Below are positions 24,742 to 32,000 of a stretch of 32,000 nucleotides of DNA, piece by piece. The stretch's first letter is position 1. Each line of letters starts with the position of its first letter. The position numbers and the translations under genes were made by a program. The notes under the pieces are model-generated. The model was not told where the DNA came from, did not search any database, and worked only from the letters and a program-made list of their open reading frames with translations. Source of the stretch: Thermoproteus tenax Kra 1 (GTDB taxonomy: Archaea; Thermoproteota; Thermoprotei; Thermoproteales; Thermoproteaceae); contig NC_016070.1 in NCBI RefSeq assembly GCF_000253055.1, positions 1,410,001 through 1,442,000 of the forward strand, read 5' to 3'.

Positions 24742-27279
24742 ATGGCCGTTAGAGTAATCAAGTCATCGGGCCACAGGGAGGAGTTCTCAGAGGACAAGCT
24801 AAAGTCATCGTTAGCCAAGGCGGCGCGTGATGTAGGCGTTGAGGTCGACGGAGAGGTGAGTATTACGCCGAAGGGCGATGTCTATAGCTATGAGCTCTCC
24901 GATATAGCCGAGCTCGAGCTCCTGCGGAGGGCTATAGATGACCCTAAGTATGCTGCGGTGGCGACATCCCACCTCCTCGGCCGAGTTTACAAGGAGGCCC
25001 TAGGTAAGGATTTCCTCAAACACAAGTCGGGCTATGGCGAGAGGGCCGTAGCCAAGTTCGAGCAGTTGGCCAGCGAGGGCCTCATCAAGGGAGAGGCGTT
25101 GTCTCTGTTGAGGGCCTTCGAGCCCAGGCCCGACTTCGACCGGTCGCTCAGCTACAACGCCCTGCGCCTCTTCACCAACGGCAACTACGCCCTGAGGGGC
25201 GGGGACTTCAGGCTGGCCGAGACTCCCAGCATGGCGGCTTGGCGCGTGGCGACTGCCGTCGCGCGGGATACGGAGATGGCGAGGAGGTATTACGGCGCGA
25301 TCACATCGCTGAAGATAGTGCCGGCATCGCCCTTCTGGTTCAACGCTTGGACTAAGAAGGAGATGTTCGCCTCGTGCTTCACTCTAGAGGTGGAGGATTG
25401 CCTATCCTCCCTCTCGCATCCAAACCGCTTCTGTATCTACGACGCCCTTGCCTACTCCGGAATAATACAGCAGTTGGGCGGCGGCGTCGGCTACGACTTC
25501 TCCCTGCTAAGGCCGGAGGGCGATGTAGTGAGAGGTAGCGTGGGAGTCGCGTCCGGGCCCATCAGCTTCATGAAGCTGTTTGACACCAACGTCGAGGTGA
25601 TTAAGCAGGGAGGCAAGAGGAGGGGCGCCCAGATGGGCACTCTGCACGTGTGGCACCCCGACGTGAGGAAGTTCATAAAGGCCAAGACCGGGGAGCTGAA
25701 GGACGCCCATCTCCAGAACTTCAATATCTCGGTGTTCGCCGACGACTCCTTCATGGAGAAGGCGCTGGGGTTGGACAAAGACCCGAGGTACCCCTTAGTG
25801 AACCCGAGGATATATCTGGAGAAGACGGGGAGGAAGCCGGTGGAGGAGCTACGCTTGAGCCCGCCGCAGGAGGCCGTGGCCGGTTGGGCGGACGCGAGGG
25901 AGCTCTTCCGGGAGATAGCTGAGGGCGCCTGGGACTCGGGCGATCCGGGCGTTATATACAAGGACAACCTAAACGCCTCCAACCCGCTCCTCGGCGTAGA
26001 GGTGGAGGTCGCCGGGTACAAATTCAGATACGTCTGGCGCTCCGTGAACCCTTGTGCCGAGACCGTTCAGAACCCCTTCGAGGTCTGCAACTTGACCCAC
26101 ATAAACTTGGCGAAATTCGCCAGGGAGTGCACCGGGAAGACCTTAGAGGAGAAGCTCGCGTGTATCGACTGGGACGGCTTGGCCGAGGCGGCCCGCCTGG
26201 GCACTAGGTTCCTCGACGAGGCCATAGACCGCAGCCGCACGGGGATAGGGATCATCGACGAGATGAACCGCGCCACTAGGAAGAACGGCCTCGGCATCAT
26301 GGGCTTCGCCGAGCTGTTGATAAAGTTGGGCATCCCCTACGCCAGCTGGGAGGCAGTGGAGCTGATAAACAGGATAATGGCGTGGATCTACGTCAACGCC
26401 CTCGACGAATCGGCGGAGCTGGCCAGGGAGAGGGGGCCCTTCAAGTTCTTCGAGGAGTCCGCGTACGCTAGAGGCGAGATACCAGTTCTGAAGTTCCAGG
26501 ACTACGTCTGGGGCAAGTGGGAGCGCGTCAGGGGGGCCTTCCCGCCCGAGCTGAGGGAGGCAGGCGACCGCCTCCGCGAGATAACCATGAGGACGAGGGA
26601 GTGGCTGGGGCCCAGGCTTGAGGCGCTGAGGGAGAAGGTCAAGGGAGGCGTGAGGAACTCGGTGGTGCTGTCCATAGCCCCCACGGGCAGAACCAGCATA
26701 CTGGCCGGCACCACAAGCGGCGTGGAGCCGGTCTTCGCCCTGGCCTTCATAAGGAACGTGACCGTCGGCACCCTCATAGAGTACTACTGGCCGGCGGTGG
26801 AGTGGCTGAGGGCGAGGGGCCTCTGGACGCCCCAAGTGAGGAAGACGGTGGAGGAGACGGGCATGCTCAAGGACGCCCCTCTGCCGGAGGAGGTGAAACA
26901 CTTGTTTGCCACGGCCATGGAGATCGGCTGGCTGTGGCACGTCCTAATGCAGGCGAGCGCACAGCAGTGGGTGGATCAGGGCATATCCAAGACCATAAAC
27001 ATGCCCGCCAACGCGCCCAAGGAGGACGTATACTGGGCTTTCGCCCTGGCGTGGGCCCTTGGCGTAAAGGGCATAACGGTGTATAGGGATAAGTCCAAGT
27101 CTGTGCAGGTGATATACACAGGGCTGAAGCAGGAAATAAAGAAGAAGCTGGCCGACACGAAGATAATAGTGAAGCCTGTGGCCCTAGAGGCCTCCATAGA
27201 GGAGGCCGCCGAGCAGGCCAAGCTGAAGGCCCTGGAGGAGGGCAAAGACCCATACTGTAAGACTGGCGAGTGTGGATAA
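24742..27279 (+). CDS. nrdJ: Class II (adenosylcobalamin-dependent) ribonucleotide reductase with an N-terminal ATP-cone
   Basis: ATP-cone: VIKSSGHREEFSEDKL. Catalytic core: NPCAE, ISKTINMP and TVYRD. The C-terminal redox Cys pair is CKTGEC. The coding run is contiguous (about 845 aa), so no intein-sized insertion is evident. The ATG at 24742 is 22 nt from ACTATAAAT. Confidence 0.9.
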   Translation: MAVRVIKSSGHREEFSEDKLKSSLAKAARDVGVEVDGEVSITPKGDVYSYELSDIAELELLRRAIDDPKYAAVATSHLLGRVYKEALGKDFLKHKSGYGERAVAKFEQLASEGLIKGEALSLLRAFEPRPDFDRSLSYNALRLFTNGNYALRGGDFRLAETPSMAAWRVATAVARDTEMARRYYGAITSLKIVPASPFWFNAWTKKEMFASCFTLEVEDCLSSLSHPNRFCIYDALAYSGIIQQLGGGVGYDFSLLRPEGDVVRGSVGVASGPISFMKLFDTNVEVIKQGGKRRGAQMGTLHVWHPDVRKFIKAKTGELKDAHLQNFNISVFADDSFMEKALGLDKDPRYPLVNPRIYLEKTGRKPVEELRLSPPQEAVAGWADARELFREIAEGAWDSGDPGVIYKDNLNASNPLLGVEVEVAGYKFRYVWRSVNPCAETVQNPFEVCNLTHINLAKFARECTGKTLEEKLACIDWDGLAEAARLGTRFLDEAIDRSRTGIGIIDEMNRATRKNGLGIMGFAELLIKLGIPYASWEAVELINRIMAWIYVNALDESAELARERGPFKFFEESAYARGEIPVLKFQDYVWGKWERVRGAFPPELREAGDRLREITMRTREWLGPRLEALREKVKGGVRNSVVLSIAPTGRTSILAGTTSGVEPVFALAFIRNVTVGTLIEYYWPAVEWLRARGLWTPQVRKTVEETGMLKDAPLPEEVKHLFATAMEIGWLWHVLMQASAQQWVDQGISKTINMPANAPKEDVYWAFALAWALGVKGITVYRDKSKSVQVIYTGLKQEIKKKLADTKIIVKPVALEASIEEAAEQAKLKALEEGKDPYCKTGECG

Positions 27280-27314
27280 CTATTGCTTAGAAATATAGGG
27301 GGGATTACTCCGAC

Positions 27315-27797
27315 ATGTTCGATTTAGTAATAAAGGCTGTGAGAATAGGCCTTTTGGCGCTCTTGGGAGCAGTCCTCTATTCGGGCATATACCTCTGGCT
27401 CAACGGACTCTTTGACGTTCGAATAATATTAATAGGAATTTATAGTATGACTATAATATCAATTATACCATATACTTTTGTAAATATATTGTATAATATA
27501 AAAAATAGACATCGTGATGGCCGCTGGGTAATATACGTGGCTCTCTCTATCTCGCTGTTGTTGACGTTGATTGTAGCCTTCATGAGGCTGGTGGCAATCG
27601 ACAGCTCTATACAGCCTATAGCCGTGCAACAGCTACGTTACGATGGCACACTGGCCTTGTCAATGGCCTTGTTGGGCCTTGCCTCACTTCTATATCTAGG
27701 CTCCATAATTCCCGATGTAGAAAAGATAGTGGGAGGTCTCATAACTGCGTTGAAGGAGGAGGATGAGGAGGAGACCTACGAGGTAGAGATCGTCTAG
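27315..27797 (+). CDS. Hypothetical membrane protein with an acidic C-terminus
   Basis: Has 4-5 hydrophobic spans and the tail EEDEEETYEVEIV. A TATA-like AGAAATATAGG lies 22 nt upstream. It contains a 16% GC patch at 27421-27510. Confidence 0.5.
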   Translation: MFDLVIKAVRIGLLALLGAVLYSGIYLWLNGLFDVRIILIGIYSMTIISIIPYTFVNILYNIKNRHRDGRWVIYVALSISLLLTLIVAFMRLVAIDSSIQPIAVQQLRYDGTLALSMALLGLASLLYLGSIIPDVEKIVGGLITALKEEDEEETYEVEIV

Positions 27798-27825
27798 ACC
27801 TTTTAATGTAGAGCCTACTGGACAA

Positions 27826-28098
27826 GTGGTGGAGGAGCTCGTAGAGATAGTGAGGTATCTAGAGTCTCAGGAGTCGTACAGATTGATCGATGTCATAAAG
27901 TACAGAAACGGACGCCGCTATATATTTAAGGTCTCGATCCGAGACGGCGAGATTTATATTCATTTGATATCTCATAGGGGAAGAGCCTACTTGGAGCTTT
28001 GGCTGCAGAGCTTCGCAGTGCCTTTGGCAGTCTACGACCTCAACAAGGACTCTTTATCAATACCTATCTCGGTGGTGGAGCTGTTGAAACGCTCTTAA
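27826..28098 (+). CDS. Hypothetical protein (90 aa)
   Basis: The GTG start is 21 nt from a TATA-like CCTTTTAATG. I recognise no motif. Confidence 0.4.
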   Translation: MVEELVEIVRYLESQESYRLIDVIKYRNGRRYIFKVSIRDGEIYIHLISHRGRAYLELWLQSFAVPLAVYDLNKDSLSIPISVVELLKRS

Positions 28099-28165
28099 GT
28101 CGAGCACGTCCAACCAGCGCTTACAGGAGCTTCAAATAATATAAAGAGTCTTGCCGTCTCTCGCT

Positions 28166-29527
28166 ATGTCTTGGAGCGTCTTAGAGACCTTACGCAACAG
28201 CCCGGATACCATGAGGAACGTGTTGAGGGCTCGCCGGATGGATCCGTCGTTGGTGGACAACTTTCTAGAGCTGGACTCAAAGTGGAAGAATCTCAAGAGG
28301 GAGATCGACGAGTTGAGACATCAACACAACGTGCTTTCCAGGGAGATCTCTAAGGCATCCCAACAAGATAGGGCGACCTTGGTAGAGAAGGCCAAGGAAA
28401 CAATAGCGAGAATCGAGAGACTGGAGGCGCAGTTGAAAGAGATAGAGCTAGAGAGGGACAGAGTTCTATTCTCGTTCCCAAATCTTCTGCACGAGTCGGT
28501 CCCTATATGCCCCGAGGGCGTTGATTCGGTACCTGTAAGGTACTGGGGGACTATCAAAGTGCCCAAAGATTATTTAAACGCCGTATTGCAACTGGACCCG
28601 CGCCCTGATTACATCGTGGTGGACAAGCAGCCTGTGGGCCACGCAGATGAGGCCGAGAACGTGTTGGGGATGGTGGATACCTTAAAGGCGGGAGAGGTGG
28701 CTGGGAGCAGATTCTATTATCTATTGGATGACTTAGTGTGGTTGGACTTTGCGTTGTCTCTCTTTGCCCTCGATCGTCTGACGGCCAAGGGCTTTAAGCC
28801 TATAGTGCCGCCCTATATGCTCAAATACGATATCATAAGAAGGGTGATCGACTTCGACACCTTCAAGGACGCCATATATAAAATAGACGGCGAGGACCTC
28901 TACCTCATAGCGACAGCCGAGCACGGAATAGCTGCATATCTGTACGGAAGAGACCTCTTAGAGGGAGACCTTCCGCAACTATATGTGGGCTGGTCTCCGT
29001 GTTTCAGGAAGGAGGCTGGGGCGGGGAGCCGGGATATAAAGGGTATATTCAGAGTCCACATATTCCACAAGGTGGAGCAGTTCGTTTTCTCCGTGGCCGA
29101 GGAGTCGTGGCGTTGGCATGAAGAAATCACCAAGAACACCGAGGAGCTCATACAAGCTCTAGGCCTGCCCTATCGAGTAGTGAACATATGCGCCCACGAC
29201 CTCGGGGCGCCCGCCGCAAAGAAGTACGACGTAGAGGTCTGGTACCCCGCGCAAGGCACCTTCAGAGAACTTGCTAGTTGTTCCAATGTGACCGACTGGC
29301 AAGCCTTCAGGTTAGGTATTAGAGTGACGCGCAAAGGCATGAAGAGGGAGTACGTCCATACCCTCAACTGTACAGGCCTAGCAACCACCAGAACAATCAC
29401 TGCAATCTTGGAGAATTACCAGAGGGAGGATGGAGCCGTAGAGATACCTAAGGTTCTGAGGGGATACCTAGAGCCTATAAAGTCGGCTCCCAAGGACTAT
29501 ATACTGCCTAAAAACGCTAAAAGGTAA
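28166..29527 (+). CDS. serS: Seryl-tRNA synthetase
   Basis: It has an N-terminal coiled-coil tRNA-binding arm (ELDSKWKNLKREIDELRHQHN) and class II motifs (FRKEAGAGSRDIKGIFRVHIF, TLNCTGLATTRT). The ATG at 28166 is 25 nt from AATAATATAAAG. The longest ORF begins at the TTG at 28151. Confidence 0.9.
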   Translation: MSWSVLETLRNSPDTMRNVLRARRMDPSLVDNFLELDSKWKNLKREIDELRHQHNVLSREISKASQQDRATLVEKAKETIARIERLEAQLKEIELERDRVLFSFPNLLHESVPICPEGVDSVPVRYWGTIKVPKDYLNAVLQLDPRPDYIVVDKQPVGHADEAENVLGMVDTLKAGEVAGSRFYYLLDDLVWLDFALSLFALDRLTAKGFKPIVPPYMLKYDIIRRVIDFDTFKDAIYKIDGEDLYLIATAEHGIAAYLYGRDLLEGDLPQLYVGWSPCFRKEAGAGSRDIKGIFRVHIFHKVEQFVFSVAEESWRWHEEITKNTEELIQALGLPYRVVNICAHDLGAPAAKKYDVEVWYPAQGTFRELASCSNVTDWQAFRLGIRVTRKGMKREYVHTLNCTGLATTRTITAILENYQREDGAVEIPKVLRGYLEPIKSAPKDYILPKNAKR

Positions 29528-29577
29528 TCAGCGCTTAGATCCGTCGTCATAGATCGGCTAGCCTGATCTCATCACAA
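29526..29577 (-). ncRNA. C/D box sRNA candidate (2'-O-methylation guide)
   Basis: The minus strand reads GUGAUGA(29575-69)-GAUCAGGCUAG-CCGA-ucu-AUGACGA-CGGAUCUAAGCG-CUGA(29531-28). A TATA-like TTTTATCA lies about 22 nt upstream. The 3' end abuts the serS stop codon. Confidence 0.8.
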
Positions 29578-29592
29578 CATTTATTATCGCTG

Positions 29593-30114
29593 TTGATAAA
29601 ATGTGTGCCTACTCCCCTCGAGATAGCAATTGAGGCCATAGCGGAGAGCTACTACTCTATGTTGGTCAGACTCTGCGAATGTGAGAGGCTGAGAAGGGAA
29701 TACGCGAGAGACCTAGAGCTGGCCTCTGTGGCGGACATCGTCATAAAGGCCCTCGCCGAGGAGAGGTCCGTGGAGGCAGGTCCTGTGAAGATTGAGGTTA
29801 GGCGGAGACTCTTGGGGAAGAGCGTGAGGATACTCCTCTGGGATAACGAGGCGACTCCAGACGAGCTGTTAACTAAGGTATCTCAAGCAAGGTCCAGGGC
29901 CGCTTGGCTCCAATCCGATTGTTCCGATCAAGCTCTACTAGAGCCCGTATATTCATCCAACGACAGAGAGGCGATAGAATACGCAGTCGGCCACCTAGGC
30001 GAGCTGTCCAAGGTCTGCGAGGGCACAGTCCCCCGATTGGACAGTGTAAATCTACAGGACTACGTAAAACAGGGCATACTGAGGGGGATTGAGCAGTTCT
30101 TAAAGGGGAGATGA
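29593..30114 (+). CDS. Hypothetical protein, translationally coupled to pyrH
   Basis: The ORF is 173 aa from the TTG at 29593. The GTG at 29605 fits the TATA spacing better. Its stop overlaps the pyrH ATG (ATGA). I identify no family. Confidence 0.5.
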   Translation: MIKCVPTPLEIAIEAIAESYYSMLVRLCECERLRREYARDLELASVADIVIKALAEERSVEAGPVKIEVRRRLLGKSVRILLWDNEATPDELLTKVSQARSRAAWLQSDCSDQALLEPVYSSNDREAIEYAVGHLGELSKVCEGTVPRLDSVNLQDYVKQGILRGIEQFLKGR

Positions 30115-30770
30115 TAGCCGTAAAGCTGAGCGGCCGTATCTTCGACGACCCGGCCCTTGTGAGGGAGTATGCGACGATCCTTAGCTCGATTGAGGAGAGT
30201 CTGGCGATAATAACAGGGGGCGGAAGCACAGCCAGACGATATATAGAAGCTGCGAGGAGCATTGGGGCAAATAATTACTTTTTGGACATGATAGGGATAG
30301 AGGCCAGCAGGTTGAACGCGTGGCTTCTAGTGGCCGCCCTTGGACCAGACGTCTATCCAAGACCTGCCACCTCGTTAGAGGAGGTAGTAACTGCGCTGGG
30401 CTATAAGAGGAGGGTTGTGGTAGGCGGGCTCCAACCTGGCCAGTCTACTGCCACAGTGGCAGCCCTAGTGGCCGAGGCGGTGGGGGCAAGGATGTTAATA
30501 AACTGCGCCAACATTGATGGAGTATATGACGATGATCCATCAAAGAATCCTAACGCTAGGAAGATACCCATCGTCAAGGCGTCACAGCTAGCGGCCATGC
30601 TTAGATCCAATGCGCTACCTGGCACTTACGAGCTCGCCGACGTGTGGAGTTTAGAAGTGCTAAGACGTAGCAAGATACCCATGTATATAGTCGATGGAAG
30701 AACCCCCAACCATCTCTTAAAGGTTCTAAGGGAGGGAGCCAACCCCGGTTCCCTAGTTCTCCCCGAGTAG
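30111..30770 (+). CDS. pyrH: UMP kinase (archaeal type)
   Basis: KLSGRIFDD, ITGGGSTARRYI, GGLQPGQSTATVAALVAE and VDGVYDDDP match the amino-acid-kinase fold and the archaeal PyrH pattern. Confidence 0.9.
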   Translation: MIAVKLSGRIFDDPALVREYATILSSIEESLAIITGGGSTARRYIEAARSIGANNYFLDMIGIEASRLNAWLLVAALGPDVYPRPATSLEEVVTALGYKRRVVVGGLQPGQSTATVAALVAEAVGARMLINCANIDGVYDDDPSKNPNARKIPIVKASQLAAMLRSNALPGTYELADVWSLEVLRRSKIPMYIVDGRTPNHLLKVLREGANPGSLVLPE

Positions 30771-30817
30771 GCGGAGCTCTGGCGTAAAATATATATTATC
30801 TACATCATTTATTTCAG

Positions 30818-31140
30818 GGAGGGACCCCCGAGAAGGCCCATGCGGGCCCGCATGAGGGGTGCTCCAACCGCGGGGATCAGCAATATCCCATCCTGTTAAG
30901 CTCTCCAAGACCTCTACATGGATACTATGAGGAGGAACTCCGGGCAGAACATGCGGCCAGCGCTCTGTATGACCTCCTCCCCGCTCATGCTGGGCCTCCA
31001 CCGTGGGAGCCTCGCCCGCTGCCCCTCCTCGGGGTTAACTGGGGCGGGCATTATGGCGTCCTCCCGCCGGGGCCATCCGCCGTTGACCGCCGTATGGAGC
31101 GTGCCATCTAGGCCTCTCTCAGCCCTCTTCGCCGCTTCGC
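30818..31140. other. GC-rich orphan segment, possible ncRNA or decayed gene
   Basis: By hand count, most 60-nt lines run 68-73% GC (one runs 45%), about 66% overall. It is preceded by the AT-rich TAAAATATATATTAT (30785-30799). Only Arg/Ser/Pro-rich ORFs are present. One + frame stays open for about 105 codons without any ATG/GTG/TTG. Many GC stems are possible, e.g. GCCCG..CCCC/GGGG.CGGGC at 31013-31050. Confidence 0.3.
30839..30854. repeat. Perfect 16-bp palindrome CATGCGGGCCCGCATG
   Basis: Read directly. The sequence equals its reverse complement. A third half-site copy, CATGCGGCC, occurs at 30950-30958. Confidence 0.9.
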
Positions 31141-31164
31141 AATAAAAAATATTGAGTCAATCTC

Positions 31165-31178
31165 CGCCCTATAGGGCG
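31165..31178. promoter_or_regulatory. Perfect 14-bp palindrome CGCCCTATAGGGCG upstream of the HTH gene promoter (candidate operator)
   Basis: Read directly. It lies about 30 nt upstream of the TATA-like TTAAATA (31208-31214), which is 23 nt from the GTG start at 31234. Confidence 0.35.
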
Positions 31179-31233
31179 AGGCCTTCGGTTGTAATACATT
31201 GCTCTCGTTAAATACAGAGTTTTTCAACACGTT

Positions 31234-31710
31234 GTGAAGTTAACGGCTACAGAGCAACGGATAGTCCAGCTCTACAGCGAGGGGCTTAAGCCCAGAGAGA
31301 TAGCGAATAGGTTGGGCATTTCTATAAACACAGTCTACAAGGCGCTCTCTAAACACAGAAGAATCTCTGAGCTAGCTCAAGGGATAAGCGAAGAGGCGCA
31401 GATCCCACAGGGGGATGCTTACTACGCCGTAGTGACTCCTATATACAGCGTGTCCGCACTCTATAGTTACATCCCCGCGCCATCCCTCCAATACATCGAT
31501 GAGATAAAGAGCTTGATTAAAAGGCTTGAGGACATACTGGAGAAGCTCGAGAAGTTGGACGTCAACGCGGCTACACAGCTCTACAGCAAGAGCCCCGAGT
31601 TGCATCGGAACGCGACTGACAAGGTGACTGACAACGCTATGGCGGCGGACGGCCCCGACTTCTTGAGGCAGAACGTGTGGGTGCGCCTGTTGAGGGGGAG
31701 GGTCGGCTAG
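31234..31710 (+). CDS. HTH DNA-binding protein (LuxR/GerE- or sigma70 region 4-like) with a C-terminal coiled-coil
   Basis: TEQRIVQLYSEGLKPREIANRLGISINTVYKAL is a classic LuxR/GerE-type HTH string. The C-terminal IKSLIKRLEDILEKLEKLD has heptad character. Confidence 0.6.
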   Translation: MKLTATEQRIVQLYSEGLKPREIANRLGISINTVYKALSKHRRISELAQGISEEAQIPQGDAYYAVVTPIYSVSALYSYIPAPSLQYIDEIKSLIKRLEDILEKLEKLDVNAATQLYSKSPELHRNATDKVTDNAMAADGPDFLRQNVWVRLLRGRVG

Positions 31711-32000
31711 CGCGTTAATATTTTCAAGATAAGACCGTCTCTGACCTGGCTATCGGCCCCAAGCCTTCTGCCCGTTAAGGCCTCCACAGCCGACACGAAG
31801 CGCTCGCCGATCTCCGAGTGGATCATGTAGGCAACGTCGCGAGCAGTTGCATTGCCGGGCACTAATAACGCATCCGGCAAGACGTTTCCGTTCTTGTCTG
31901 CGAGCTTGTGCTCGTCCTCAACAGGGAACACAACGACGTACTTTAAGGCGTCGAAGACGGCGGCGTTTAGAGCCGTTTGAACTCCAGTGCCGCCGAACTT
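31707..32000 (-). CDS. OBG/YchF/DRG-class GTPase, C-terminal TGS-like domain (partial; the 5' part lies beyond the window)
   Basis: The frame is open to the window edge. ...VFPVEDEHKLADKNGNVLPDALLVPGNATARDVAYMIHSEIGERFVSA...GADSQVRDGLILKI resembles the C-terminal TGS segment of archaeal DRG/YchF-type GTPases. Confidence 0.55.
   Translation of the reverse strand, partial: KFGGTGVQTALNAAVFDALKYVVVFPVEDEHKLADKNGNVLPDALLVPGNATARDVAYMIHSEIGERFVSAVEALTGRRLGADSQVRDGLILKILTR

Noticed and set aside
25491-27253. Several long minus-strand and alternative-frame ORFs inside nrdJ (up to 265 aa)
   Set aside because: They are a consequence of the high GC3 of nrdJ. Their Pro/Arg/Gly/Ala-rich composition looks random, and the nrdJ frame carries all recognisable RNR motifs.
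24742-27279. Intein insertion in the class II RNR
   Set aside because: The ORF is a contiguous RNR-length protein of about 845 aa, with catalytic motifs in normal spacing and no extra block of about 150-500 aa.
30753-31145. ORFs 30753-31001 (-) and 30918-31145 (+) in the GC-rich orphan segment
   Set aside because: They are mutually overlapping with Arg/Pro/Ser/Gly-rich compositional bias and no promoter spacing. One overlaps the pyrH 3' end. I treat them as non-coding or at best pseudogenic.
1-32000. CRISPR arrays, IS elements, transposases, integrases, prophage or defence-island signatures
   Set aside because: I saw no regularly spaced direct repeats, no terminal inverted repeats bracketing an ORF, and no recombinase or Cas-like motifs in any listed ORF. 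The tRNA genes show no adjacent integrase or partial tRNA duplication.

Overview
The window looks like core chromosome of a hyperthermophilic crenarchaeon of the Thermoproteales type (Pyrobaculum/Thermoproteus-like). This is inferred from gene content, AGG/ATA codon preference and leaderless promoter geometry. About 90% is coding and mostly housekeeping. Recognisable genes: archaemetzincin, a GDPD esterase, MobB-MoeA, fibrillarin-Nop5, GatE, KsgA-RNase Z, TyrRS plus a small methyltransferase, NAD kinase plus a PIN protein, an Nfo-like / NFACT (Rqc2-like) / Mut7-C run, TruD, uL14-AhcY, a COG2403 P-loop protein, class II RNR, SerRS, UMP kinase and the 3' end of a TGS-domain GTPase. RNA genes read from the sequence are two convergent class II tRNAs, Ser(GGA) and Leu(CAA), and four intergenic C/D box sRNA candidates with full C/D'/C'/D architecture. 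I saw no CRISPR array, transposase, integrase, IS end or rRNA. I did not find a convincing new multi-gene system, and no sequence search was possible. The least explained items are: (1) a 76% GC structured orphan segment between gatE and nop5; (2) a ~320-nt, ~66% GC orphan segment after pyrH that holds a perfect 16-bp palindrome and has no credible ORF; (3) 12-16% GC patches inside otherwise normal ORFs, one across the conserved core of NAD kinase; (4) small translationally coupled orphan gene pairs with HTH-like proteins. Several longest-ORF starts were revised using TATA-to-start spacing. All family calls rest on motifs recalled from memory.
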